From: the human T2T-CHM13v2.0 reference genome, Homo sapiens
Direction: 5' to 3' (one strand)
NCBI RefSeq assembly: GCF_009914755.1
Contig: NC_060933.1
DNA: 64,000 bases
Shown here in pieces: positions 11,909-26,278 of this stretch. Below the pieces are notes generated by a model. That model had not been told where the DNA came from, did not search any database, and saw only the letters and a list, made by a program, of their open reading frames with translations. The stretch's first letter is position 1. Every line of letters starts with the position of its first letter. A program made the translations under genes and the position numbers.

Positions 11909-14194
11909 TCATGGTCTGTTTCTTTGGAGAGTCTCAAAGAACTTGGCAATAATGGGTGCTACAGATCCTTACACCTGACCCTACAGCCAGAAGATCTGTC
12001 TGGAGTAAAATCATCCTAGATGGGACAGGAGAGGCTGGAGGAGGCTGAGAGCTATTCTCAGGGTTACCAAGAGCATGAGTGGGCAAAGCAGGTGGCCAGC
12101 ATGAAGCCCTTGGCTCTTCCTCTCAGGATCATAGCCTTTCCATGCAGGGGATGGGACACACTCTGCCAAAATAATTGGTTAGTGCGTACATTTCTCCCAA
12201 GATAGTACCAAATCATGCAAGAATTTGGGGCTTACCCTGTCTTTCCAAATAAAACACTATTCTACATCTCATGTTGGGGAGGGAGATTAAAGCAGGGGCC
12301 TAAAAGTCCAGAGCTACGTACGTGAGGAATGATATTCCTGGCCTCACCAACTCTGACTCACTCTGACTCCGGGCTATTTTTTCCTCAACATTCTTTTCCC
12401 TATTTGCACAGGGCAAGTGGCTGTGATATTTGCTTATTTTTATTTACCCTCCGCACTGGACTGAGACCAGGCCATTAGACAAGTGTCACAACAATCCTAT
12501 ACACACAAGAGTCTCTCCCTGAGGCAGTCCACAAAAGCAGTGCTTTTTTTTTTTCTTTTCCCAAGGCTTCCTTTGAAGCTGAAAGTCTCCATCAGCCTAC
12601 TCTTAGAAGGTCATGTGAGTAAAGGAAACATAAGTCATGCTGGTTTTGGTCCCCATGACCGCACATTTCTCATCCTGTTGGTGGAAAGAATTTGCCACTT
12701 TGAAGGGTTGGCGAATCCCTTCACTGACGTTGCTGTTGGAATTTCTGATTTCCCCTCCCTTCTCCTCAGAAGCAAGAGTTTTCCTAGACCTGGCTCGATG
12801 GGCCCCCGAGTATGTAGCACATGATCTAGCTAAAAGTTTTACATTAAAATAGAACTCCTTGTTAAAATACCATACATCATTGACTCACCAACTTAAGCCC
12901 TATTGCATAATACATTTGAGTCAGGATATAACATAGAGTAAGATTTTAAAAGAAATCTAACCACCTAGGGGAAAGCAAGAAGATTCTCTCAGCAGGCCAA
13001 CCTGTCTTAATTACTGCTGAACTCTACCTAAGCCTTTAAGTGGGAGCATTTTGAGGGCTCCTTACAGGGTTGCTTTCCAGGACCACCTGCTTCTGCCTTC
13101 TAAAAAGCCTTTGATTAACTGTTGAACAGAGATAAAAGTAAGATGTACTCCTGAAGCTGCTAGTGTTATTCCTGATCAGGGCCTGACTGGAAAGACCTGC
13201 TTGTGTTGCTTTCTCAGCTACCAAAAGAACCCCTTCCACCTTCTCTAATCTGCAGAGATTCCATTGCTGATCTTGTTCCAATTCAACAGGTAGTTTTTGA
13301 TGTTTTACCCACTCTAACCCAATAGCCATCTACACTTAAATTATTTTGCAAGAGAACAGAGAGTTCCCTTCAACTGGCTTATTAATATCTGGCTATTTTA
13401 CTTTGGCCATGGATAGTTTCTTTTCCAGACATTTTGAACACATGTGAACAGAGCATGTTTTAAGCATTTACACTGATTGCCTTGCAGACATACTCATAAC
13501 AATCCTAGTGATGCAATTAGGAAAACTTGTGATATAATCTATATGCATTTAGACCATACTCACATGTAGATTTTCCATTTGCATCCTTTTGTAGAACAGT
13601 GATTATGCTATTTAAGTTAATATTAATTTCTTATCTACATCAAAAATATTTTTTAAAAATTATATCCATATGTGCCTACGAATTGGTGGTAAGGAGAGGA
13701 TGGGCCGGGGAGGGCCCTGATGAGATGGGCAGGTTCTTGCCCTGATCCCACTCTGTGTCCTTGGTAAATCAGGAAGGAAAGCTTCCAAAGGCTTGTTGCT
13801 GGAAGACTACCTAGTTTTTTAAAATACAAGTTTATTTTAATTTTACCAGCAATCAGTAGGCCTTCAATGAGCCCTCAAACCAGCTGGTAATCATTTGGAA
13901 AAAGGAATGAGCCAAAAGGGTTTAAAATCACAGGTAACCAGAAACAGCACAATTGTTTCCGTTTTCTTTCCCATCCAATTTATTAGCAGGGCTGCTATTA
14001 TTAGCTTCTCGTTGACCTTCTTCCCTTGTCCCTTTCAGCCTGTGGGTGGAGTAGTTAAGGAACAATAGAAGATCCAAAAGGAAAAGGAAGGAGAAGTTTT
14101 GTTAAGGGCTAGGAAAATCACAGACTGATAATCAGCCCGTGGCTAATCAACCCTTGGCTTTAGTACTTTCAAGGCAGAATACAGTCACACCTGA

Positions 14195-14573
<379 letters not shown>

Positions 14574-14786
14574 TTAAGTATGTATTTTTGATAAACTGTA
14601 CCTAGAAGGCTTTAACAACTAATACCTAAGAACCAGGTCCCTCATATTTATTCACCTGTCAAACCAAAGGTCATCTGTCATTTTGTTCTACCTGTTCTTA
14701 ATAAGACTTTGTAATCCAGAAATAAAGTATAGAGCCATTTTGTTTTACATAGGAAGAACATATGATTTGTCATCTAAACCAGAATA

Positions 14787-15124
14787 CAGATGCTCCTAGA
14801 TTTACAACAGGGTTACACCCCAATAAACCCATCATAAGTTGAAAATGCATTGAATACACCTAGACTGCAGAACATCACAGCTTAGCTTAGCCTACCTTGA
14901 ACAAACTCAGAACACTTACATTAACCTATGGTTGGGGAAGATCATCTAACACAACCCCATTTTATAATAAAGTGTTGAATATCTCATGAAATGAATACTG
15001 TACTGAAAGTGAAAAAATCGGTGTATGGGGACTCACAGTATGGTTTCTACTGAATGTGTATCTCTTTCACACCATCATAAGGTTGAAAAATCATTAAGTC
15101 GATCCAGCCAAAGTTGGGGATCTG
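14787..15124. mobile_element. MER47A-like Tigger (TcMar) element
   Basis: TA|CAGATGCTCC ... GGGGATCTG|TA terminal inverted repeats with TA TSD. Confidence 0.8.
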
Positions 15125-15317
15125 TACTTTTGTGAGCGAAAGATAATAATTGTAATTATGTTTAGATTGTCCCCAATAAACCAGGAGACATGATTACTCT
15201 AGCTACCAGCCTGCATCCTCTCTTAGAACCGCATCTCTTTGGAGATGGCTTTCTAAGAAAACTAGCAATGAAACCTGGAAGGAAAGAGGGAACATACAGA
15301 AATGAGAAGAGTCAGCT

Positions 15318-15630
15318 CAGAGGTTCTCAACCCAGGCAGGCTGCACATCAGAACCACTCAGGCAGCTTGGTGAAAGTACCCATGCTTTGGCCCCAGTCCT
15401 AGAGATTCTACTTTAATTGTTTTGAGGTGGGACCTGTAGTTTTTAAAAAATTTCCCAGATGATATTAATTAGACAAGTGCATCTCAAACTAATTACCGGC
15501 CAATCACCTTGGGAATGTGTTAAAATGTGGATTCTGACTCAGGTATGAGGAGGGCCAGAGATTTTGCATTTCTAACAAGCTCCCAGGCAATACTGTGCTG
15601 CTGGTCCAGGAGCCACCCATTGAATAGCAA
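15318..15630. mobile_element. Two adjacent MER5-family hAT fragments
   Basis: ggttctcaacccaggc...catcagaac and ttgcatttctaacaagctcccagg...gctgctggtcc motifs. Confidence 0.65.
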
Positions 15631-15739
15631 AGAGCTAGGTGAACTGTGAAGTGCTAGCAGCAGGACCTTGAATTCTTTAAAACTGTAGAATGAGCAGCAC
15701 CTGTTTTTAATACCATTCCACACATCGATCTCTGTCTTC

Positions 15740-16430
15740 TAGACTTCTATTTCTGTTGCTTATTGGATTCCACCTGAATGTCTTATAGACATCACCAACT
15801 TGACATGTGCAACACTGATTTCCCGCCAGCCTCCTGTGCACTCCTCCAAAACAAACTCCAGCATGCTGCTTCTTTCATTCTTCTCCATCTCAGTAAATGG
15901 CAGTTCCTAAAACATGTTAGACCACCTCATAGCTCTGATAGAATCCTCCCCTCCACCTCATTTAGAGAAGAGCCCAAACCCTTACCATGATCTTGAATGA
16001 CATACTGGAAATGGCCCCCTTCTCCCTCTGACCTCATTTCCTATCTCTTTTCCTGCTTCTTTCTCCACTCCAACCGCTGTTTGGTGAACATGACGAGAAT
16101 GCTCTGCCTCGTGTTAGTTACGATGGCTGTTCCCTCTGCCTGAAATGCTTTTCCTTCTGACATCTGCATAGCTTGTCTCCTTACTTCTCAGTAAGGGTGT
16201 CCCTGGCCACCTAATATAAAATAGCCCTCACATGCAGGTACTTCTTACTTCCCTACCCTGCTTTGCTTTCTCCATGGCATTTATCCTCATCATATATATA
16301 TATATTTATTTTATTTTATTATCTGTCTCCACCCAGTAGAATGGAAGCACCAGGAGGCTGGGACTTTGTCAGATTATTTCCCTGTATCCCCAGTGCACCT
16401 GGTACATGGTAAATGCCCAACGCAGTTTTG
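15740..16430 (+). mobile_element. L2 fragment
   Basis: gctgttccctctgcctgaaatgcttttcct and tagaatggaagcaccaggaggctgggac...cagtgcacctggtacatggtaa L2 3' motifs. Confidence 0.7.
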
Positions 16431-16870
16431 CCAAATTATTGCAATATTGACCATTAATTACTTTGGAATCTCTCAGCCCAATTATATCACACAGGAAGCT
16501 GAAATATTCTGTACTCAGGATGAATGTTGGTGCTATCATCAGGTTTCCTCCTATGACTGAGGTCTTGAATAAAATAAATGCCATTTTTAAGGTCCCTACA
16601 ACATGCAGGCTCCATTCTAAATACATCCTTTATCTTATTCATCGTTCCAGTGGCCTCATGGCAGAATTATCCTGCTTTGCTCTTGCAGGAAAGGAGACTG
16701 AGTCAGGAAGCAATTCAGATTCATGGAGTAGGTAATTTCTGGATTGGAGGTTTAAACTAAGTCTTTCTTATAACAAAATCCACATTGTCCATGTTAACGT
16801 TGAAGGCCCAGAAGAGAATTTCTTTTTATTTGTGCTTGAGTCCAAGGCTACCTCTGGAGCCTCAGTACAG

Positions 16871-17666
16871 TGTTATTGAGAGGTTTTTTCCTCAGATCAA
16901 TCAATTCTGTGATTCCCTGACACCAACTGGGTGCAACAATTCTATTCAAGTCAGTTCTGACATTATCTGGATTTAGCCCAGACCCCACAAGTTAAGGGCT
17001 CAGTCTCACAAGATTGCTCCTACTAGGAATGCCAGCTGCAAATGGGGTGCACAGGCTACCCACATTTTTGCCTTGCCAACTACAAATTTAGGGTTTTCTA
17101 CAATCCCCCTTCAGATTTAATAATTCACTAGAATGACTCACTGACCTCAGAAAAGTGCTTCGCTTAGCATTACTGGTTTATTATAAAGGCTAGAACCCAG
17201 AACCAGCCAAATGGAAGAAATGCTTAGGGCCAGGTGTGGAGAAGGAGTGTGGAGCTTCCATGCCCTCTCTGGGTAAGACAGCCTCCAGCACCTTGATGTG
17301 TTCACCAGCCTGGAAGCTCTTCAAACCCTGTTGCTGAAGTGTTCTTATGGAGTTTTCACTAGGTAATTATGGTTGATTAAATCATTGGCCCTTGGCGGTT
17401 GGATTTGGTCTCCAGCCCTGCTCCCCTCCCTATAGGTCACGGGGTGGGGCTGAACATTCAAACCCTCTAACCACCTGTTTGGTTCCTCTGGCAGCCAGCC
17501 CTCCACCTGAAACTATGTTGGGGCCCACCAAGAGTCACCCACTAGCATAAAGTCTGCTGTGGCTGAAATAATAACAAAGACTCCTATCATTCAGGAAGTT
17601 CCAAAGGTTTTAGGAGCTCTGTGCCAGAAATTGAGGACAAACACCACATGTATTTGTTATTCCACA
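16871..17666 (-). mobile_element. MER21-family LTR
   Basis: gacaccaactggg...cagaccccacaagttaagggctcagtc and ggagcttccatgccctctctggg motifs. Confidence 0.75.
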
Positions 17667-17667
17667 C

Positions 17668-18091
17668 TGTTAAAAGAAGTTTAGCCTAAAGCTGCCTCCT
17701 TACATAATTTAAGTTTGGCCTAAAGGTTTTTCCATACATAGTGAACTATGACCTAACTGGATGTGTAAACAGACTGTAACCTACTCTTGTGACAAGTAGC
17801 TGAGTCTCAGCCAATCACAGTGGCTGAGTTTCAGCCAATTACAGGCAGCCACTTTTTCAAAATATGTTCAAATAAGGCAAAAACTGAGCTGTAACCAATC
17901 CAGCTATCTCTGGACCTCACTTCTGCTTTCTGTACTTCACTTTTCTTTTTCTGTTCATAAATGTTATCTGACGTCGTGGCAGCTCCAAGTTGCTCTGAAC
18001 CTATCTGGTTCTGAAGGCTGCCTGATTCAAGAATCGTCCTTTGCTCAGTTAAACTCTTAAGTTTAATTTGTTTAAGGTTTTTCCTTTAACA
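17668..18091 (+). mobile_element. MER57-family ERV1 solo LTR abutting the MER21 LTR
   Basis: TGTTAAA..gtttagcctaaagctgcctccttaca ... TTTAACA; three CCAAT boxes. Confidence 0.8.
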
Positions 18092-18789
18092 ACAGTTGTA
18101 AAAGTGAATAGCGTCTTAAAAACAACCAGTTTTCTGTACTAATTTTGAATTAGCAATGAATAGGATTCAGAAACATTATGAAAATAATAATGTTCTAAAT
18201 ACATATTGGATATCTTTTCTAGTTCATAAGGGATCTAGAGTGAGTAGTCAAAAACTTGGAGAATAAAGTAGAAATGGATATAATACATATGATGTGAAAG
18301 AGAAACAGAATGGAGTTCAGAAGTGATGCAAATCCACATTCACTTAGCCATTCACTTTCATGACAAGACAAAGATTTTTGTATATGTATATGTGTGTACA
18401 TGCATGTGTGTATGAGAGCAAGATTTGGGGATCATACTAGGTATATATGATTTAAAGAGCTAAAAGTTGTGCCTCGGTCCTGGTTTTGGGTCAAGTTTGG
18501 ATTACAGTTTATAGCCCCCCAAACCCTGAAAAAAATTATATTTCCTCTCCTTACTTTCCCATATGTAGTTAAAAATGAAAACAAATTCAATTTTAAAAAT
18601 AAATAAAAGATGTTGTTATTTAAAAAGAAAACCTGAGCAAGGATATATTAATAGCCATATATATGAGGGAAAACATGAGGAAATACCTCATTTTATTTTT
18701 CTCCTCAGAATTTGGTCGGTATTGCTGCACTTTGGAACTATGGGGGAGGGCAAAGTGTTGAAGAGAGAGTTGAGAAGAGAAACACTTGG

Positions 18790-19140
18790 TGAAGAGTTGG
18801 GCTCTAAACTCTATGACCAAGTTAAGGAGCTGGCTCATTCCACTTAGACGAGAGGCGTGACTTGGAGGTCTTCAGGAATTTAAGGAATAATGTGAGGCGG
18901 GAAAGATGACCAGCTGTTCTCCATAACTAATGAATATGTAATTTGAGGAAATAAACTCAAGCTGAACTGGAAGGGATTCACGTTGACTGTTAGAACAATT
19001 TCTCAACTGTCAAGACTCCTGCCCAATTAGGATGGCTAGTTTGTGCTTTTCTAAGTCTCTTTGCCTACATATATTCAAATAATTTTAAAACAGGGGCAAG
19101 AGTAGAAAGTATTGAGCAGGATAATGTCTCAAAGTATGTG
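18790..19140 (+). mobile_element. CR1/L3 3' fragment
   Basis: gttaaggagctgg...gaccagctgttctcca...aactcaagctg...aatttctcaactgt, typical of L3 3' ends. Confidence 0.5.
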
Positions 19141-21067
19141 TCAGCCTTAAAATTTTAGTTCTGTAATTATAATTTTTTTTTTTTTTTAAGAAACAAGAAA
19201 CAAGTTCTGGTCAGGTGGGTTAGATTTCCCTCTAGTGGTGTTGAAAGGAATTTAGTATGGCTGTGTTTTCATAACTGGCTCTTGGGGCGGAATTAAACTT
19301 GGAAAGATGCAAAGATGTATAGGTTTTTTTCTATCTCTGCTTAGATGAGTACTTTCTGGAAAGGCAGACAAAACGCCAGGGCAAACAGTCCTTCTTTTTC
19401 TTCCTTAGATATTGAAATCTGGACTCATACTCTGCCGTTACTACATATTGTTTTCCCTGGAGCTGAGAACACTCCTTGGGAGGGTTGGTCATCTGATGGC
19501 ATGTGAAAAACTCCCTTGGTTGGGAATCTGGGAGATTCCCTCAGGGCCTAGTGTCTATCATAGACCAGGGCTTTTTACAGTTTTGATGACAATAAGCCTT
19601 TTTCTTGGCCAAACATTGTGATCAGATCTCCTTTCAAGGTACTGAGTATGCGAAGCCCTGTGTATCCACACTCCACATGGTCTAGGACTTGTGGGAAACT
19701 ATGGACTGCCACCGTGAACCACTCATGTTAATCCCACAGACAGAGCCCATCTCAAATCTCTCTTTGTGGCAATATATACAAAAGAGGCCCTTAATTCCAA
19801 ATCTTGCAAGAATACCGGCATTGCCAGCTTATCCCGAGAACCAGTGGTCTTAAGAACAGACCACTGAAGAGCCAAAAGGCATGCCTTGATCCTGGCTTTA
19901 GGTCAAGCTTGGATTACAGTTTAGAAAGCCTGGACCCTAAAAAAAATTATATTTCTCCTTTCTACTTTCCTATATGTTGTTTAAAATAAAAAACAAAATT
20001 AGCTTTAAAAATAAATATAAGGAAACCTAAAAATGTTTTGATTTTTTTCCTTATAATGCTATTCTAATTTCTAAAATATTAAATATCAACTTCTTACCAA
20101 AATATCTTTTGTTTTGGTGCCAGTTTTACCATGTCTAAAGCACATGCTTAACCAGCTATTGGTTAACCCAGTGATGTTTATATCCACAAATCACCAAGTC
20201 TTGCTGGATCTTGTTTACTCAGCCTGAAAAAGGAGCATGAATGAATTTGCAGCGGTCACACAAGTCCAGAGGTCACTGGTCATCACTTCTCTTGCCAGAT
20301 GGATGGGTTTGACAAGCTGTGTCCAGCACAATCTGCCTTTCCCAGCAGCCTTTTTGTTCTAGCCCAGATGCACAGCACAACCACATTTCCGTGCCTTTCA
20401 GGAGAAAGCTACCCAGGTCTCATGAACTGGTGGTGATTCAGGTTTTCTTTGAAGTGGTGTCCTTCCTTGGTGTACAGTAAATAATTTGCTTTGCTTATAT
20501 AATAAACAAGAGTGTATCTTAACAAATGGGGACTGACAGTGAACCTGGAGGTTGCCTGTGGCCTTCAGAAGGAAGCTCTGGACTAGTGTGTGCAATTAGC
20601 CAGCATCTGGAAGCAGCTTTTCCTGGGCTTCCCAACACGGTCATGCTTCATTCACATGGGGAATACAGGATCTGAGCTGTTAAGGGGAGAATGTGGCTGT
20701 TTTTGCTCTCCCGTCTACTCTTGGCTGAATTTAAGTTTGATGCCCTAATCCCAGAACGAGAACTCCTGTTCAAGATGCAGGTGAGGGAGTTTCCCATCCC
20801 TTGTTTTTGACTCCCAGGAACGCTGGCAGGCCTGACAAACTCCAGGGAGGAGCATCTCAAAGCCAGAATGCTTAGGCCTTGGGCAGGAGGGAAAGCTGTT
20901 AAAGGTTTATACAATTCTGGTATCGTGTTTGTGTTTTTGGTTTTACTTTTGAGCATTTTTGTTGGTACAAATCATCACTTGGGACATACTTTGGCAGGTT
21001 GGGCCTGTGTACTATACCATCATGATATGAGATGGAAGGCAGATGAGGCTGACAGAGTGGCTTGAAA

Positions 21068-21589
21068 TGTAGACTTCATTATTATTCAGGTATGGGGAGG
21101 CCAACAGATGATGAGATGACGGCCATTGAAGAGATAGTTTGTTACTCACAGTTCCCAAGAGGAGGGGACACAACACGCCACACAGGGCCACGCAGGGAAG
21201 CGCCAGCGTCGGACAGGAGGCAGCATGAGCAAAGGGAAAATGTGGGTGAAGCCTTTTTGGAGATTCTCTGGGAAAGGTAAGGTAAACATGATGAGAAGGT
21301 TTAGGATTAGCTTGTTTGAATAATTTCAGCAGGCTCTGGGGCATAGGGACTGTCCCTAATTTGCTGGTACCTAGCCTTGGGGTGGTTAGGGCAGAGAAAT
21401 AGTGGCCCAAGTGTGAGAGCCCTGTGAGGGTCTGAGAAAGGAAGTGTTTGGTTTGCATCTGAAAGGCAAGCTCCAGGGTGTGTTGTTTGCTGTCTCTAAG
21501 AATTAGCTAACCCTGGGAAGAACAAAACCTTCCAGAGTCAGCCAGGCCCCAAGATGTCAAAGCATTAGAATAAAAACACCAGCTTAACA
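21068..21589 (-). mobile_element. ERVL LTR (MER54/MER73/MER74 group)
   Basis: gatagtttgttactcacagttccc and ggccccaagatgtcaaagca motifs; TG..CA ends. Confidence 0.65.
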
Positions 21590-21702
21590 GCCAGAGGAAA
21601 AGATAAAACCACTGTCACTTTCTCAGGTGGGTAAAATTGTTAGGGAGCACCCCAACAAGATTTTGTTTTTTTCACATACCATCAAAGCTGGATGGCCTCT
21701 GA

Positions 21703-22031
<329 letters not shown>

Positions 22032-22197
22032 GAAATCAGTTATTTTTGTTTTGAGTCCTAGTTCTGCCATTTTCCAGTTTTGTGATCTTGGGCAACTTAA
22101 TATCAGTCAAATTGAGATAGATATACTTCTTATTTTATATTGTTGTAATGATTAAATCAGATAATTCATATATGTAAAGAGTTTTGTACAATGCCTG

Positions 22198-23066
22198 TGT
22201 AAATCAAAGAAAATGACCAAGATGAGTCTCAATCGTTTTAGAGGTTTACTTTGCCAGGTTAAAGGTCATGGCCTGTGACACAGCCTCAGGAGGTCCTGAG
22301 AACATGTGCCCAAGGTGGTTGGGTTACACTTGGTTTTATACATTTTAGGAAGATAAAAGTTACAGGCAAAGACACAAGCAACACATGTAAAGTATATATT
22401 GGCCTGGCCCAGAAAAACAGGACATGTCAAAGAAGGGGAGGCTTCCAGGTCATAGGTGGATTCAAAGATTTTCTGATTGGCAATTGGTTGAAAAATCTAA
22501 GCTTTGTCTGAAGAGGTAAAGTCAGTATAAACAAATGCTTGAGTTAAGATAAAGAAAGTTGTGGAAGCTGAGGTTCTTGTTATGTGGATGAAGCCTCTAA
22601 GTAGCAGGCTTCAGAGAGAATAGAAGGTAAATGTCTCTTATTAGACCTCAAAAGGTGTCAGACTCTCCAGAGAAGATCTAGCAAGGGAAGGGGATTCTCT
22701 ACAGAAGGCCGATTTCCCCCACAAAAGATGGCTTTGTAGAGCCATTCCAAATTACGTCAAAGAAATATATTTTGGGGTAAGATGCTTTGATTTCCTTCAG
22801 TGCCTGTTATCTGTCATCTGATGCTATATCAGGGTCAGGTTGGAATTTGGTATCTTACTGCTACAAAGAGTCTGTTCTGTCAGTCCTAGAATCTCTAAAT
22901 GTCAACAGCTAAGCTCCAGAGAGGAGGATATATTGAGGCATATGCTACGCCCTTTTCCTGTTATGGCCTGAACTAGTTTTCGGGATCCTTTTGGACAATG
23001 ATTAGGGGCAGGGAGGAGATGTCCATTCAGTCAGTTTGGGGCTTAGAATTATATTTTTGGTTTATA
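22198..23066 (-). mobile_element. MER4D/E-type ERV1 solo LTR inserted into a MIR
   Basis: 4-bp TSD CCTG (22194-22197 / 23067-23070); gacacagcctcaggaggtcctgagaacatgtgcccaaggtgg; MIR-like sequence on both sides. Confidence 0.85.
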
Positions 23067-23110
23067 CCTGACATGTGAATAAATGTTCAATAAATGTTGA
23101 TTGTCACTAA

Positions 23111-23383
<273 letters not shown>

Positions 23384-23898
23384 TGAGGATAAAAGATTCC
23401 CAGATTACTTAGCAATTTGTTTTATAATGCAATTGACTTGTCCTTTTCCCTCCCATTAACATCTCAGAGACCAAACTGGATCTATGAGAAATGTCCCAAG
23501 AGAACTGACAGCTTCTAAAAACCTAGGTCTTCTCTGAGAGCTCCCAGGGCTCTCATGACATGGCATTTTAGATGTACCATGCTTTGTCAGAAGGTTCAAG
23601 GATGAAGTGGAGTTTCTCTACTTGTCTCTCCATTCATGGAACAAATTCACTGCCCTCCTGGCTTGGAGTAAGAGGTAGTGAGTAGGGGTTGTTCAATGAT
23701 TTCATTTCATCCAAATAATGTGCAATCTGTTGGTTGTTCCAAGCTCTTTTACCAGAGAGAAAGGGCTTGAACACTGGAGTGGGTGTGTGATGAAAGGCAG
23801 GTTCATTGAAGAAAGGATGCCTGAAGTTTCTTTGACTAGCCAGGAGGCATGTGCTCTCTGGCTTCAAGGGATTAAACAGAAAAACTGGTCCCTTGGAG

Positions 23899-24634
23899 CA
23901 GGAGTCAAGTTTTTTCTGAATAGGCCCAGAGAGTAAATAGTTTAGGCTTTGCTAGCTGTATTAGTTTGCTAGGGCTGATATAACAAAGTACCACAAACTG
24001 GGTGGCTTACAAAGCAAGAACTTGTTTCTTATTCTGGAGGTTAGAAGTCTGAGATGAGTGTGTTGACAGAGCTGGTTCCCTCTGAGGGCTGTGAGGGAAG
24101 GATCTGTTGATCTGTTCCATGCCTCTCTTTTTGGCTCATAGATGGCTGTCTTTTCCCTGTATCTCTTCATTATCATCTTCCTTCTTGTGTGTCTCTGGGT
24201 CCAAATTTCCCCTTTTAATAAGGACACCAGTCATATTGGATTAGACCTCACCCTAATGATCTCATTTTAACATGAGTACCTCTGTAAAGGCCCCGTCTTA
24301 AAATAATGTCACATTCTGAGGTATTGGCAATTAGGACCTCAACGTATGCACTTATGGAAGACAAATTCAACCCATAATATTAGTCGTATGGTCTGTGTTA
24401 CAACTTCTCAACTGCCACTGTTGCACAAAAGCCGCCACAGGTAATACATAAATGAATTAGTGAAGCTATATTCCAATAAAACTATAGGCACTGTAATTGA
24501 CTTAAGATAATTTTAACATGTCACAAAATCTTATTTTTTTCCCAACCATTAAACATAAAAACCATTTTTATGGCTGCACCAAAACCAGGTGGTGGCCAGG
24601 GTTTGGCCTAAGGCCTATAATTTGTTGATCCTTG
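23899..24634. mobile_element. MER58B (hAT) split by an MLT1 LTR
   Basis: Left part 23899-23956, right part 24380-24634; degenerate 8-bp TSD CCTTGGAG / CCTTATAG. Confidence 0.75.
23957..24379 (-). mobile_element. MLT1 (ERVL-MaLR) LTR
   Basis: tgtattagtttgctagggctg...caaattcaacccataata; degenerate 5-bp TSD CTAGC / TTAGT. Confidence 0.85.
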
Positions 24635-25619
24635 CCTTATAGGTTTCTGAATATGACACGTTATTTACAATTTCTGATTACATTCAGTACAGCATGTATC
24701 AACATGAGTTTGGGTAAACCATACACACTATAAATTTCAAAATTACATTTGTATTTGTGTATATTTGTATACATAGATGAATTGTGAAGTTTTAGGGAAA
24801 AAAATATCAAATCTTTCTGGAAATCTCCAGCATGAGGCTTCTGAGGTTGAACTCCATAGCTTTTGATTGCAACCAAACATGAAAGGGAAATGATTATGTT
24901 TGTATTCATGAAATCAAATTCCTTTTTCAGGTCTTTTGTTTCTTGTCAGAAGGGTTCTTCATTTTTCTTTTTAAAGCAATTGCTTACACATGATTTTCAG
25001 AAGAGCAGCACTATGTCAGAAGAAAAGGGAAAAACGTTAAGAAATAAATGGGATGAAAAAAGAAAAGTATGAATATGAGCCCTGGTGAATTCTTACAAAG
25101 AAAGGGAAGCAAACACGTGACATTCAGTAGTGACCCCAAGCCAGGGAGTGCTGTGACATTGCATGTCCCTGTGAATGGGGCTTCCGGGAGCTGATAACAA
25201 GGTTCTAGTGCATTTCAGTCACATTAACAGTGATCCTCAAACCCAGTCTCCAAGGAACCTCACCCCATTTCCCTAGGAAGTAGCAATTCTGTTGTTTTTA
25301 TTCTTTCTTTCTTTGCTTTTAATTATATTCTTGGGAATTACAGTCAGGACAGTCAGTGTGGTGTTTAACAAAAGCTAAGATACTTTGATGATATACTGAG
25401 ATTTCCCAGTTATACATTTTAGACTGTCTTTGACCATGTAAGTGTTTCTATATTGTTGAATCAAGCCGCTGGCTCTGACTCATATCAGCCCATGTTTTTC
25501 AGAATTTGCAGTCATTATGAATTCACTTTCCTTTTAATGGATAAGATTTGATAAAAAGCTTAAAAGAAAGTACTTTTACACTGTTTTTAACAGCGCTTTA
25601 TACTTTTGCTACACTAAAG

Positions 25620-25768
25620 GTAGTTCTTGGACTAGCAGCATCAACATCACCTGGTTGCTACTTAGAAATGCAGAATCTCGGGCCCCAACCCAGATCTACT
25701 GACTCAGATTCTGTATTTTAACAAGCTCCTCAGGTGATTCATGTGCACATTAAAGTTTGAGAAGTCCT
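25620..25768. mobile_element. MER5A fragment
   Basis: agcagcatcaacatcacctgg...tagaaatgcagaatctcgggcccc...acattaaagtttgagaag. Confidence 0.75.
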
Positions 25769-25770
25769 AA

Positions 25771-26278
<508 letters not shown>

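Noticed and set aside
21012-21458. 148-aa - strand ORF
   Set aside because: Mostly within an ERVL LTR; chance ORF.
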